Below are positions 26,290 to 38,687 of a stretch of 64,000 nt of DNA, piece after piece. The notes under the pieces were generated by a model that ran no database searches, had not been told where the DNA came from, and worked only from the letters and a program-made list of their open reading frames with translations. How positions within the stretch are numbered: the first letter of the stretch is position 1; every line of letters starts with the position of its first letter. Location: NCBI RefSeq assembly GCF_000143415.4, contig NW_003314367.1:124001-188000 (forward strand), written 5' to 3'. Position numbers and translations under genes: made by a program. This DNA is from Selaginella moellendorffii (lineage: Eukaryota; Plantae; Lycopodiophyta).

Positions 26290-27655
26290 CGAGCCTGCGC
26301 AGTACTCCCGAAACTCTTCCTTGAGGAAATCCAACAAGTCAATTCGCTATCGAGCAGCGTCTTCGTCGTCACAAGCGATAGCCGAGACCCTGAGAACTTC
26401 TTGCTTGGTGCATATGGTGCAAAGGTAGCATTGCTAACAACATATACCAAGATTACATTACTTGCTTATTGCCATGGCCACGCTTTCCCTTGCCAGACAA
26501 TCCATGGCCACTACTCCCGTAGCTATTGCCGATAAATTTCCTTGCTACAAGAGAAATAGTATCAGAAGAAGGAAGAAAAAAGGAAAAGCTTACATGCTTT
26601 TCGATCAGCCTGGTAAATGAACTGTCCAGGGCATTCCTGAAAGAGACAAAAACCTTCAGAAAAATAAAAGCTGTCCAAATTTCTTACTTGTGTAATCCTT
26701 GCGGCACTAGCAGAATAACTTGCTCCTTCAAAAGATCCACCTATAAGGCAAACCACAAGCAATCCATAACTGTAATACAAGCTATAAACTAGATACCTTG
26801 TCCACGATGATCGTGTCCTGGTCCTTGACATCTAGGCCCTTATAGTTGACAACAAATTCCTGTTTCAAGCAACTAGAGATTACCATCTTTGTTGAGCTAT
26901 CTACAAGGCCAATATACACACCTCGTTCTTGCTTGCAAGGATGACACTAAACGCACCTCCACCAGCGACCAAAGCCTCATCTCCCTTGATCGCCACCAAT
27001 GTAGTTGTCAAGAAAGGCCACCACAGGTGATACTGGAAAACATCATGAATTATTCTCAGCATCATGTTCGTCTATGTCGCAAACCTTTTCAGAGAAAATT
27101 TCTATGGGTCTCTTGCCATTCACCGAGGACTCGTCATCTTCCCATCTGCTTGGGAAAGGACCATCCGGATCGTCTTTCATGTCCAGAGCCTTCTGTATGA
27201 AGATGGAAATCTCACTGTTCATCCTGCAAGGACCAGAGGGACGAGCCACGAAATGAAATAAGAAATAACCCGGCGACTTGCATTTGAAAGGCCACCTCGA
27301 CAGCTTCCTTGGAAAACCCATAGCGCTGAAAGGATTCCTCCAAGAGCTTTCCAAGTCTGTAGCAATTCTCCTCCATGAAAGGAATCGTTTCTGCGAAAAG
27401 CCAGAGATTAAACTTGGATCTCTAGTGTTAGCTCACCTCTGTGCACAGTCCACTGTGCCTCGTGCATGCGAACGATGGTTATCGTTTCTCCTTCGCCTAA
27501 TTCATAGCCCTTGATCTTGTGCTGAAAGCCAAAAAGTCAGGTAGGTCGCGTTCATAGATTTATTTGCTCACAATGAACGCGACGTGCTCCAAGTGATCCC
27601 TCTCCGCTCTGGCATACTGAATTCCTCCTTCCGCCTTCTCTTCAACGTTGATCAT
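26290..27655 (-). pseudogene. Multi-exon gene relic, copy 1; resembles the C-terminal half of a group II chaperonin-like protein (CCT/BBS10-like)
   Basis: Spliced translation includes EENCYRLGKLLEESF, DEALVAGGGAFSVILA and EQVILLVPQGLHKNA. In-frame stops are present. Inverted paralog at 33478-34760. Confidence 0.45.
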
Positions 27656-27889
27656 CCTTCAACCCCTAATTGAATAGTCACAGGATAATCTAATATAAAA
27701 CTAGCTTTTTTTGTTTTAGCAAATCCTATCCAGTTAGGGTTCGCCTACAAACTGGAGGGCGTCACCTTACAAATTATCAAGTCATGGAGGCGAAGGACCT
27801 CGTGCAAGCACAAATGGATTCACAAGCATAAGTCAAGATCCTTGTGAAGTCCAGAGTGAGAAAACACGATAGTTAGATAAAAGTGGAGT

Positions 27890-28460
27890 CGCTCACTTAC
27901 TTTCAGAGTTTGAATTCCTCGCAGTACGAGCCATGAATCGAATGGTGAGGCCAGCGAGCTACAATTCCTGCGGCACTAGTCACTGATCGCACAAGTGCTC
28001 CTGCCATGACCTCCAAGGAACTTGGTCGCAGAGTTATCCACTCTCAGAACTTTGACACTAATCAAGTGACAACCTGCTTTAGCGGCTTGAGCTGGACGGG
28101 AGTACCAAAAGTATTGTCCACGACAAGAACGCATCCATATTTCTTGTACAACTTTGAAATCGCTGGAATGTCCGCAACGTTACTAAACTGGAAAATCTAC
28201 CTGAATCACCGCCCTCCAGCGCTGCAATTGCGTCCCCTACTTCCTTGGTGTTTGGAGAACCGTACCTCCTGTAGACGTGAGCAGCTCCAGCGTAGTCGGA
28301 AAATCTGTTGACAAAGTTATTCGCAAAAGCCAGGCACAGCGCTTGGCACTACCTTTGGCAAGCGGCTTTCCTGAATGGCAGCAAAGAGTAGCGACTTCGA
28401 AATCCATCACTTCGTTTGCCAAGAGCTCTGCGAAAGTAGGAATCAAGGGTAAGCTCTTGC
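27890..28460 (-). pseudogene. Cys/Met-metabolism PLP enzyme (cystathionine beta-lyase / gamma-synthase family) relic
   Basis: VADIPAISKLYKKYGCVLVVDNTFGTPVQLKPL, SATKFLGGH (PLP lysine) and LASPFDSWLVLRGIQTL, with internal deletions and stops. Confidence 0.85.
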
Positions 28461-28548
28461 TGCATGTAATGCCAAATTGAAGTTCACCTGGATTTAAAAT
28501 GTAAAGTTTGAAGCATCTGTACATATTAGACACTGGCTTCACTTGAAA

Positions 28549-30785
28549 CTACATAAAAGGGACCTGATCACGGTACTCGAGCAGCTGTTTGGACAGGGCA
28601 AGAGGAACATGAGCTCTCACTAGTGTTCCTGAATCTGTGTACTCCTGCAAAACCACAAAGTTTTGATTAATTCCCAACGAAACAGAAGACTACCTCATGT
28701 TCCACAACACCACGCCTGTGGATCATGTCCACGAGATCCCCCTTGCTATACGGGACAATGGCTTCCACTCGCACAAGTAAATCCTGCAAAAACATTTTTG
28801 AGTTCTCTGAATGAATGAACTTTGTAAACCTTGAGTTTTGTTTCCACAGCGTCAAAAAATTCTTGAATGCCTTCTCCGGTTAAGGCTGATACGCAGATTG
28901 CACCTTGTTGTTTGGCTTCCGCTCTCAAGGCATCTGGATCCTCAGCTTTGTCAATCTTACACAAAAGTGAGCGCCATCAGTAACTTCGCAGACATGTACA
29001 GAATTACCTTATTCCACACTGAAAGTCGAGGAATGTGTTGAACATCTAGCTCAGCAAGAACTTCGTCAACAGCTTTTGTTTGTTCAGGTGCCATTGAATG
29101 ACTGTAACAAACACTAATCAAAACACAAAGCAAACAAAAGATGAAGGCTAACCTTCTATCTACAACATGTAGGATCAAAGACGAATCGCTGATCTCTTCT
29201 AACGTTGCACGAAATGCGGCAACCTACAAACAAAGTTAAGTACGCAAGCTCATATGTCACGAACTTACAAGTTGTGTCGGAAGCTTTTGGATAAAACCCA
29301 CAGTATCTGTAAACAAACATTCCTTTCCATTCGGAAGCTGCAAAGGATACAAAATCAACAAAAGAACAATGCTTACATGAGGCTCACCTGTACACGTCTC
29401 GTAATAGGATCTAGTGTGGCAAAAAGTTTATCTTCTGCTAGAACACCAGCATTACTAAGCTTGTTCAAAAGTGTGCTCTTGCCAGCATTTGTATAGCCAA
29501 CCTGTGGAATCTCTAATGAACTTACAAGAAAAGAGCCAAGAGATATGTACCAGAGAAATAACAGGGATAGGAACCGATGCTCTCCGGTTTCTATACTGTT
29601 GCCTGTGGTCACGTACCGACTCGAGATTCTTCCTCAGCTCGGCAATCTTAAAAAGCCACAAACTTTAGTTTCAGTGTGCGAAATCACCGAGCTTGCCTTT
29701 GTTCTAAGGATACGTTTATCAACTTCAATCTGCTTCTCTCCCATACCCTTCACCATACCTCCTGCTTGTCTTTCAAGGTGAGTCCAAAGTTTTGTCAATC
29801 GCGGCAGCTGGTACTCAAGTTGAGCCAGCTCTACCTTGAAGAATGAAAAAAGATAAAAAAATAAGTTACAGCACAAAATCCGGTGAAACCACAACCTGCA
29901 AAGCCGCTTCACGCGTCGCTGCTCTCTGGCTAAAGATGTCGAGAATCAGAGCTGTGCGGTCACAAACCCGAACGTCATCACCAAATGCCTTTTCTAAGTT
30001 TCTTAGCTGCCTGGAATGGAGAAGACGATGTTATAGAGAGATCCTGAAGTTCTTGCCATTCTTACCCCGGCGATATTTCGTCATCCAAGATCACCGTCTC
30101 AACGTCTAGAGCCTGGACAGCGGTCTTCACCTCCGCAACTTTCCCAGACGCCATGTAAGTTCTCGGATTTGGATAACCTAGCCTTAAGAACCCGGACAAA
30201 AGTAAAAGCCTCGTAAAAGCGAAGCTTGGAAACTTGACACGTACTTTTGATATGTGGATCCAACCACGGCCAGTCCGGCTGTGTCGGCAAGCTGCTCGAG
30301 CTCCTTGAGTGACTCATCGATGCTAAACAATGCGCGATGCCTTTTCATCTCGACTCCCACGAGAAACGCTTTCTCTTGATAAATCTACATGCGGGGAGTC
30401 CCAATCATCGACCAGAAAGAAGAAATCAATCGTAATTTCTTACCTCTCGATTGTTGCGAATCACAAAGCGATCGCTGGAATCCTCACTATCAGTCACAGA
30501 CGACGACACCGTAATGCTCCGACCTGGCGAAGAGCTCGCGGGAGCTTCCTCCTCTCGCGGCGGCATTGGCAGCTCCACAAGCGGAAATTCGCCCCCATTT
30601 CTCTGCTCCTCCTCATCAATCTGGATCACGGCTCTTGCCTTGAGCGAAAAACATCCGCATCGCTTCCTGGCGATTCCAGTGCGACCAGCGGCCAGAAAAT
30701 TCGCCTTCTTCCCCATCCCGGAGCCGGCATTCTGCCATCGCTCATCCACACCTGGAACACAATACGCTATCGCCAAGCCCGCCAT
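28549..30785 (-). CDS. HFLX: GTPase HflX, probably plastid-targeted (multi-exon; span given)
   Basis: [45 protein letters not shown]1 [36 protein letters not shown] introns; ends ...EYRDQVPFM*. Confidence 0.93.
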
Positions 30786-30908
30786 TACAAAAAAAATCCA
30801 AGAACCCTAAACCCGTGCAAAAGTAATGCCAAGCTCGAATATGCTAGAATACTTTTCAAAATTTAGGGTTTACCTTTCATGCATTTTTAGGGCGGTCGAG
30901 GATCAAGG
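30786..30908. promoter_or_regulatory. 123-bp bidirectional promoter region with telo-box motifs
   Basis: Lies between the divergent HflX and PARP start codons. Contains aaccctaaa (~30803) and ttagggttt (~30862). Confidence 0.55.
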
Positions 30909-33379
30909 ATGCTGGCGCCTTGCTCTCGCGCGGCCTTCCCGCCGGTTAGAAGGAGCTTTGCTATGGCCGCTCCCGCCAAACAGGATGTGATCGCGGTGAA
31001 GAAGGGGCGTGTGGTTTTAGACCATGGTTTGCCGGACGAGCTAAAATCCAGCTGCCATGTCCTAGAAATTGTAAGCTCTCTCCAAGTTACTTCATGGATG
31101 ATTTGTGTAAATCCTTGAACAGGGAGATACCATCTACGATGCAATGCTCAATCAGACCAACATTTCCAGCAACAACAACAAGTACTACGCGATGCAAGTC
31201 TTAGGTAGTCTCTTGACTTTTTCTATGCACTGACTGATCTTGCGCTTTTCTTTTTCTGAAGAGTCTGATGATCGAACTGCGTACTATACGTTTGCGCGAT
31301 GGGGTAGAGTCGGCTCAAGCGCATCCAATCTGAGCAAGCACGACACGACAGAGCCAGCAGTGCGAGAGTTCGAGCGTAAGTTTCTGGACAAGACGAAGAA
31401 CCACTGGAGCAACCGGCACAACTTTGTGTCTCAACCTGGGAAGTATACTTTGCTGGAGATGGACTACGAAGACTCTTCCGAAAGCAAGGCAGGCTTTTCA
31501 CTTGTTTACTGTTCCGTTCAAGTCGAAAACTGTTGTGAAGGATGTCGCCGAGAGTAACACTTCTACAAAACTGGACGCTCGTGTTCACAGGCTGATTTCA
31601 CTTGTTTGCGACTTGAATATGATGAAACAGGAGATGACTGAGATCGGTGAGCTTGGACCTTCTCTCTTTCGCTTGGAAGTTCTCTTCTTGTAGCTCGACT
31701 TAAGCTTTCTTTTTCTAGCTCGACTTAAGCTTGGAACTTCTCTTTTTCTAACTCGAGTTTGTCAAATTCCCAGGATACAACGCCCAAAAGATGCCCCTCG
31801 GCAAACTCAGCAAAGCTACAATCCTTAAGGTGATATTCTGGCTACCGAGTTAAGAAGCGACTGACTTCTTTTGTTTTCTACGGAAAGGGTTATGAAGCTT
31901 TGAAGAAGATTGCAGCACAGCTAGAACTGAGCTCTCCAGATGCAGAACTGTTGCGGCAACTAAGCAAGTAAGAGCTTTCCTCCCAGTAATTCGCTAATGA
32001 CGTCTCGCTTTGCAGTGAATTCTACACGATTATTCCACATAACTTTGGGCACCGATCCATAAGTAACTCGGATTTTTTCTAGGTAGAGTTCTATGTGACC
32101 TGGAATTTCTAGGAGACCAAACAATCCGCACGAAGGAGCAGCTCAAGTCGAAGCTGGAAATGGTCGGAGAGAATCGCGGAAATGTTGTCCTCTTTAAGTC
32201 GAACATCTTTTTTTGTGTCAGGTTGAGGCACTCGGTGAGATTCAAGTTGCAACGAAGATCCTCAAGAGTGGGAACGAGGTATGAACGTTTTGTTCACTAC
32301 TTTCTAAGGTTTTTTGCTTCTCCCCAGGATGATCCCGCATACGCACAGTACAAACGTCTCAAATGCGAGCTGGACCCTCTCAATACTGACACCGAAGAAT
32401 ATGAAATGGTAAAATCACTATCCTTTCTCTGGCGTTCTCCTCACAAGTACTCTTTCCGTTCTAACAGATCGAAAGCTACTTGATGAACACCCACGGCCAT
32501 ACTCATTCCGGATACAAGCTCGAAATTTGCCAGGCCTTCAAAGTCAGCAGAGCTGGAGAAGATGAACGCTTTCAGCCAGTAAGTTCTACGTTTTACTCAG
32601 CTTTCCGGGAGCTCTTACCAGCGAGAATCTGGACGCTCAGTTCAAAGACAACCACAATCGGATGTTACTGTGGCATGGCTCGAGGCTGAGCAACTGGACC
32701 GGCATACTCTCCCAAGGTATGTATGCGCAGTAACACTTTTTGCTAACAATTTTTGACGTGGTTTTCGTGTGTCCGTGTCTCAACAGGACTCCGAATCGCT
32801 CCGCCTGAAGCACCATCCACGGGCTACATGTTTGGGAAAGGCGTTTACTTTGCGGACATGGTCTCCAAGAGTGCCAATTACTGCAATGCTAGCGCGAGTA
32901 AAAACGCGGCAGTAATGCTTCTGTGCGAGGTTTTCCTTTGCTAGATTAAAGTTCCAATCTCTTTTGCTTGAAACGTTTTCACGATTTCACGATTTCCTTC
33001 CAGGTTGCTCTTGGTGACATGAACGAGCTGCTACACTGGAACTACAATGCTAGTGCGCTTCCACCAGGGAAACTGAGGTGAGTTGACGCGTTATACTCTC
33101 TAAACTCTCAATGCTTTTTTATCATTTGACCAATAGCACCAAGGGCCTCGGGAGGACAGTACCTCACAAGAGCGAGTTTAAGCAACTTTCAGACGGCTTG
33201 ATAGTACCAATGGGGAAACCTTTAACTTCGGGTGCTTACCATCAGGTACTAAGCCAAGCATGGCTTGAGTGTTACTTCTTTTGCTCGTCCAGGGAAGCTT
33301 GGAGTACAACGAGTACATCGTTTATAACACGGCGCAGGTCAGAATGCGCTATTTGCTACAAGTAAGTTTCATCTATTAA
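30909..33379 (+). CDS. PARP2: Poly(ADP-ribose) polymerase, PARP2/APP-type (WGR + regulatory + catalytic domains), without SAP domains
   Basis: [10 protein letters not shown]...FARWGRVG (WGR), [40 protein letters not shown] (H-Y-E triad intact). Many short introns; stop at 33377-33379. Confidence 0.93.
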
Positions 33380-33477
33380 AGTTCGGTCTTAAAGTGTTTT
33401 TTGCAAAATAATTCTTATAAACTTTATTTTAAATGGAAAATAAAATTAGTCCGTACGTTTTCTGTGAATATTCGGTT

Positions 33478-34760
33478 TAGGAGTTGAGGAATTTAGTATG
33501 CAGGGACCACTTGGAGTGCGCCGGTGAACGTATGGCCTGACTTCTTACTTTTCAGCACAAGATCAAAAGTTGTGAATTAGGCGAAGGGGAAGCGATAACC
33601 ATCGTTCGCATGCCCGAGGCACAGTGGACTGTTCACAGAGGTGAGCTAACACTAGTTATCCAAGTTTAATTTCTGGCTTTTCGGAGAAACCGTTCCTTTC
33701 ATGGAGGAGAAGTGCTACAGACTTGGAAAGCTCTTGGAGGAATCCTTGAAGAGCTACGGCTTTTGCAAGGAAGCGATCGAGGTGGCTTAACAACTGCAAG
33801 TCGAGTTATTTCTTATTTCATGTCGTGGCTCGTCCCTTTGGAACCATGAGATTTCCATCGTCATGAAGAAGGCTCTAAGAAAGACGATCCGGATGGTCCT
33901 TTCTCAAGCAGATGGGAAGATGACGAGTTCTCGGTGAATCGCAAGAGGCCCATAGAAATTTTCTCTGGAAAGGTGGGCGACATAGACAAACTTGATACCA
34001 ACATGAAGTTACTGTTTTCCAGTATCACCTGTGGGGGCCTTTCTTGACAACTACATTGGTGGCAATCAAGGGACATGAGGCTCTGGTCGCTGGTGGAGGT
34101 GCGTTTAGTGTCATCTTTGCAAGCAAGAACGAGGTGTGTAGATTGGCCAGTTGCTTGAAACAGGAATTTGTTGTCAACTACAAGGGCCTAGATGTCAAGG
34201 ACCAGGACACTATCATCGTGGACAAGGAAGATATATTTTATTTCTATTTATTGTAAATTTTGATTGTTAATAAGTGTTCTCCACTTCAACATCTGAGTCC
34301 CTAGAGCCTCTTGATCCCATTGCCATTAAGGAAATTTGGCCTCCAGTGATCTCTCCTTCAAAAAATCCATCTAGGCAAGCCACAAGCACACAAGCTATAA
34401 ACTATACCCAAGTTATTCGGCTAGTGCCGCAAGGATTGCACAAGTAAGAAATTTGGACAACTTTTTGTTTTCCTGAGGTTTTCTCTTTCAGAAATGCCCT
34501 GGACGGTTCATTTAGCACGCTGATCGCAAAGCATGTAAGTTTTTCTTTCTTTCTTCCTTCTTTATGATACTATTTCTCTTTTAGGCAGGGAATTTATCGA
34601 GGAGTAGTGGATCGTCTGGCAAGGGAAAGCATGGCCATGGAGTAAGTAATGTAATCTTGGTATATGTTCTACCACCTTACAAACAACGTCGAGTGCGGAC
34701 AACCAAGGAAACATATGAAGTTCTCTCGCTTGGAGTGATGAAGTATGACGAAGCTTGGAG
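33478..34760 (+). pseudogene. Multi-exon gene relic, copy 2 (inverted paralog of 26290-27655)
   Basis: Exons and introns are both colinear with the reverse complement of copy 1, with more deletions and stops. Confidence 0.8.
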
Positions 34761-35699
34761 GCTTTCCTTCGCGGCTGCATTGGAGCTGTACAGCTGCAAG
34801 CTCGTTGCGAACTCCACCGAGCTCACGGCCAACGGGTCGAGGCTGTCGGGCCGTCAACCTAATTTGACCACCTTGTAGTATTCAGGAAAACCACGATAAA
34901 AAGCATGCTTCGCAGTTTTTACTGCCTTGTAATTATCATCCGACATAATGGCTGAAGGAGACACTTAGTTTTCTTCTCATGACCAAAGCATCTGCTATCT
35001 GGGATGTCAGAGACTATCGCTGGAATCTGCTCTTCGGACAGGCCTGGAGGCAAAGAGCTTACAACCTGCATCCCTTGGAGCTTCTCTCCCTCATTCCTCA
35101 CTTCGTCCTGAACCCCATTTGCCTCATTACTTGCCATGTCTCAAGGAGAAAATGCTAGCCTGCCACAGCACCAGCCACAGTCAGTTTCCTCTTACGCACG
35201 GGTGTTCAAACAGAGAAGCAGCTCTTTTGTCCAGCTCAGTTACTATGCCTCAGAAATCAGACTTTTTCCTCAATTTGCATCACTTTCCAACCAAGCCTCT
35301 AGCATTGCACTGAAAGCATCGATGCCATGAGCCATGATGACTCTCGTCATGCTCCCAACAGGTCCCTGGGTTTTTCGTCCAGCACCTTTAGCATGGTCCA
35401 TTGAATGAAGGACAGGCACAGCATCAATGTCTTGTGTGCCTGCCCCTCACCTCCACCAAAACCAGGACCTATTCGAACGGGACACCTTAGCCCGCTACAT
35501 ATGTAGCGCTCACTCCCCCGTTTAAATTTTGTGTGTCCTCACACAACTCCTAGACCGATGTCCCATACATAACTAGATATAAACATTGTGTACTCGAAGG
35601 AGAGTGAGAAAACATGGGTCTGATTGAATGCTCTCCAGGACTTCTAACATTGCTGTTGAATATTAAATTAGAGAATCGTAACTCTGTGGCTAACACTGT

Positions 35700-36030
35700 C
35701 CGTGGCATTGCATTCTCTGTTTGCTGAGCCAAAATTGCCATCTTAGCTTGAGTTGTTTGATCTATCACCAAATAAGGCCCATCGTACCGTGAAGAACACT
35801 TCCTTCCTAGGACACCTGACAGAATCTCCAACACCAAAGGGATGATCATTGATCCTTTTCTTGTGGTTCCTTGAATAACGAGCTTGTGCCTGTTCAATGT
35901 TTGATCTTGCAAGCTTAAGTGGGATCCAATGGAATGGCAATGGAAGGGTAATAGATACAAGGAGTTCTTTCAATATGAGACAAAGCTGTGCCAAAACCTC
36001 ATCTAGAACCCCAACCCAATCTACATTCAT
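35700..36030 (-). mobile_element. Ty3/gypsy integrase C-terminal fragment
   Basis: ARSNIEQAQARYSRNHKKR...FGVGDSV, then frameshifted SSRYDGPYLVI (GPY/F motif). Confidence 0.7.
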
Positions 36031-36583
36031 CAGGCAGGCGAGAGCCTAGTGGATCCACGCCCTCTACTTCCCGCTGTGCATTAACAAGATCTGGTGGTAG
36101 GCAAAGATGAGGTATTTCATGTGGCTTACTTAGTAGGAGCGACTTCCCTCGTCAGCAGCTATCCACCTCTGTTAAGTTTGCGGAGCCACAAAGACACTGT
36201 GAGGGTTCCATGGCTATTCTGAAGTGCAATTTCCAGGTCTTAATCATCATCCAACAGAGTCTCCACCCACACACTTGCTCACTCACAAAGTGATTATGCT
36301 GTGACACCATTATAGAGAATCTTGGTTGCCTGAGAAAAGTGGCAGATTGGTCCCTGATTAAAAAATGTGGGTTGATAATCCATTCAATTGAGAAAACTGG
36401 TTTATTCGTAGCATATTTTAGCTCCAACATCCTCATCAGGTGAGCAGCAGCCATCAAGTGCACAATCCAATGACTTTGGAGTTGGGTGCTGGAAAGATTC
36501 CTTGAAACCGGGTCACGGCATTTGCAGTGGATTGCAGTACGGCAGAACAGTATAAACGGTATCTGCACTTTAGGTTTAGGGCC

Positions 36584-38687
36584 ATGGATCGAGGGCATCT
36601 ATTGAAGGAGGTAGCTGCGGCCTATACACGTCTGACGGAATGCTTCCAGACACTAGAAGTGGAAGATTTGAGCGACCCTAGCCTGTTTCTGAAGTTACCT
36701 TGGCCGTCTGTCCGCTCGCCTCTGGGGTGTGCTGGGAGCTGGTTCTCTTACCTGGGCCGTGAAAGGGCCAAAGAGGTGTACAATCGTTTTGTGTCGCTAC
36801 CACGACGCAGCAATCTGCTCTTCACGGGAGTATCGGGGTCGGGCAAGACGGTTCTCGCGGCCGCTATCGCTGGACACATGCTTGTCCGGAGGCCTGGTGG
36901 TCGACGACTTGTCTACATTGTTGGACACCAGTTCGCTCTAAACCCTGTAACGGTCTTGAAGGAGGCGCTCCTCCTCGCGTTTGCGGACGATGAATCAACC
37001 CAAAAACTGGTGTTATCTGCAAACTCGCTTCTAGAGTTGGTAGGCATTTTTGGGTACTCAAAGCACAAGCTGATGTTTGTGGTGGACGAGTGGAATTGCT
37101 TGGATACGAAACGGGAGAAGCATGTTGTTTATCCGAACGTTATAGAGTCCAAGTGTGCACTTAAGGACGTGAGCTACTTCCATGTCCTAGTCAAGGTGGC
37201 TTCAACAACATCTGAATCCGCCATGGAATATCACTTAACAGACAAGAAGCCTTTGCAGATGGAGTTCAATGGGCCCTTCACTGTGGAGGAGTTCAAGACT
37301 TGGCTGGCAAAATCCCCGTTCGGTGTCGGCACCACACAGGCAATGGTGTACCACACAGGGCTCACTCCACGGCTGCTTCAGCTGTATGTCCAGGCCAATC
37401 AAACAGCTTCGTTTGACATGCTTATCGAATCCTACACCAGGGATATAATAAGGTATGTTGGTGGACTGGAGGAAGCACCCCAGCTTGAGCTAGCCATGAG
37501 AATTGCTACCGAGGGAGCAATTGCCCCTGCTGAGCTCAAGGCTGTCCCGTGGTCATGCGCTTATATTGACGTTTCAAAGGAGATTACAGTGAAGCTCATT
37601 TCCAGATACTTGGCAGACTTGCTGGCAGCTGAAGTTATGAATAGGTCCAAAGCTTTGTCTAGGTTACCTGATGCACGAAGTATATGGGCATTTGACGTTC
37701 GGAAAAATGCGGCCGTTCTCTCAGCCCGCAACTCTGCAAGGCTTGGCTGGAATGTGGAGGCTTTGGTGGTGAATGTAGTGAAGGCAAAGGGAAGCATACT
37801 TGGCCACTTCTTCTCCTGTTGGAAGGAGTATGACACTGGGCATGAGTTGGAAGTTTTGGTGGCTACTACTATGACGGAGCTGCTCTCTGGGGTTCTGTTT
37901 TGCCCCCGACACTTCAATGAAAAGGCCGTTGATTTAGTGTGGCTACAGGTGGAAAAAGGTGGCGAGCAATACGTGCTGGTAGTGGAGGGAGTACAGATCT
38001 CAGTGTCATCAACCAAACGAAAGCTAGCACGCCAGAGCCATATTGCATGGAAAAATGAGATCCTTCCTCAGTGGTTGGCGTTCCAGGAACTGTTGGTAGA
38101 TTTCAGTGTGTCTTATACCTACGTTTTGCCACATGTTTGTCACCAGGATACAGACTTAGCGGGCGGTAAGCTATTTTCTATCTAAAGGTGTTTATCCGTG
38201 CTAACTTCATTCATTGTTGCTGCAGCAAATGTGAGTTTCCGCAACTTTGCAGAACTTGATGGAACGTTGGCATTTGTTGATCAATTGAGGCTTCCTGAGC
38301 CTGAGGAACTAGCTGTTGAGAAGGCAGTTCAGTGTTCTGGGTTTGTCAATATGAACAGATGCAAGCACTTCAAGCGGGGAGCTGAGGAGCCGTACTTCTG
38401 CTGTCCTGCACATGAGAAGCAGCAGCAAGATCAAGGTGAACTTTCTTCTTTTATTTTTGACATGTTTGAATTTCTGACTTATGCAACAGCACTTGAGGAT
38501 GAGGAGCTACCTCTTGAGAAATCTGTTCGGTGTTCTGGGTTTGTCAATACGAACAGATGCAAGCGGGTCAAGAGGGGAGCTATGGAGCCGTACTTTTGCT
38601 GCCCTGCCCATGAGAAGCAACAGCAAGATCAAGGTAAATTTGATTTTTTATTTTTGATTTGAGTTTCTGCCATATGCAGCAAGGTGA
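36584..38687 (+). CDS. Crinkler-type P-loop NTPase + PD-(D/E)xK restriction-endonuclease-fold protein with two C-terminal Cys/His Zn-finger repeats
   Basis: Intact >530-codon exon with Walker A GVSGSGKT, Walker B MFVVDEWN and REase-like PRHFNEKAVDLVW...GVQISV. Intron 38166-38225, then two duplicated exons CSGFVNxNRCK..K...PYFCCPAH. TATAAA at 36551. The start and last exon are uncertain. Confidence 0.72.

Noticed and set aside
34900-35560. Short ORFs and a possible LTR/PPT next to the integrase relic
   Set aside because: No partner LTR or recognisable domain in the window.
37561-38016. Antisense ORFs here and within PPO, LTP, LETM1-like and PP2C
   Set aside because: Shadows of GC-rich coding sequence on the opposite strand or in other frames.
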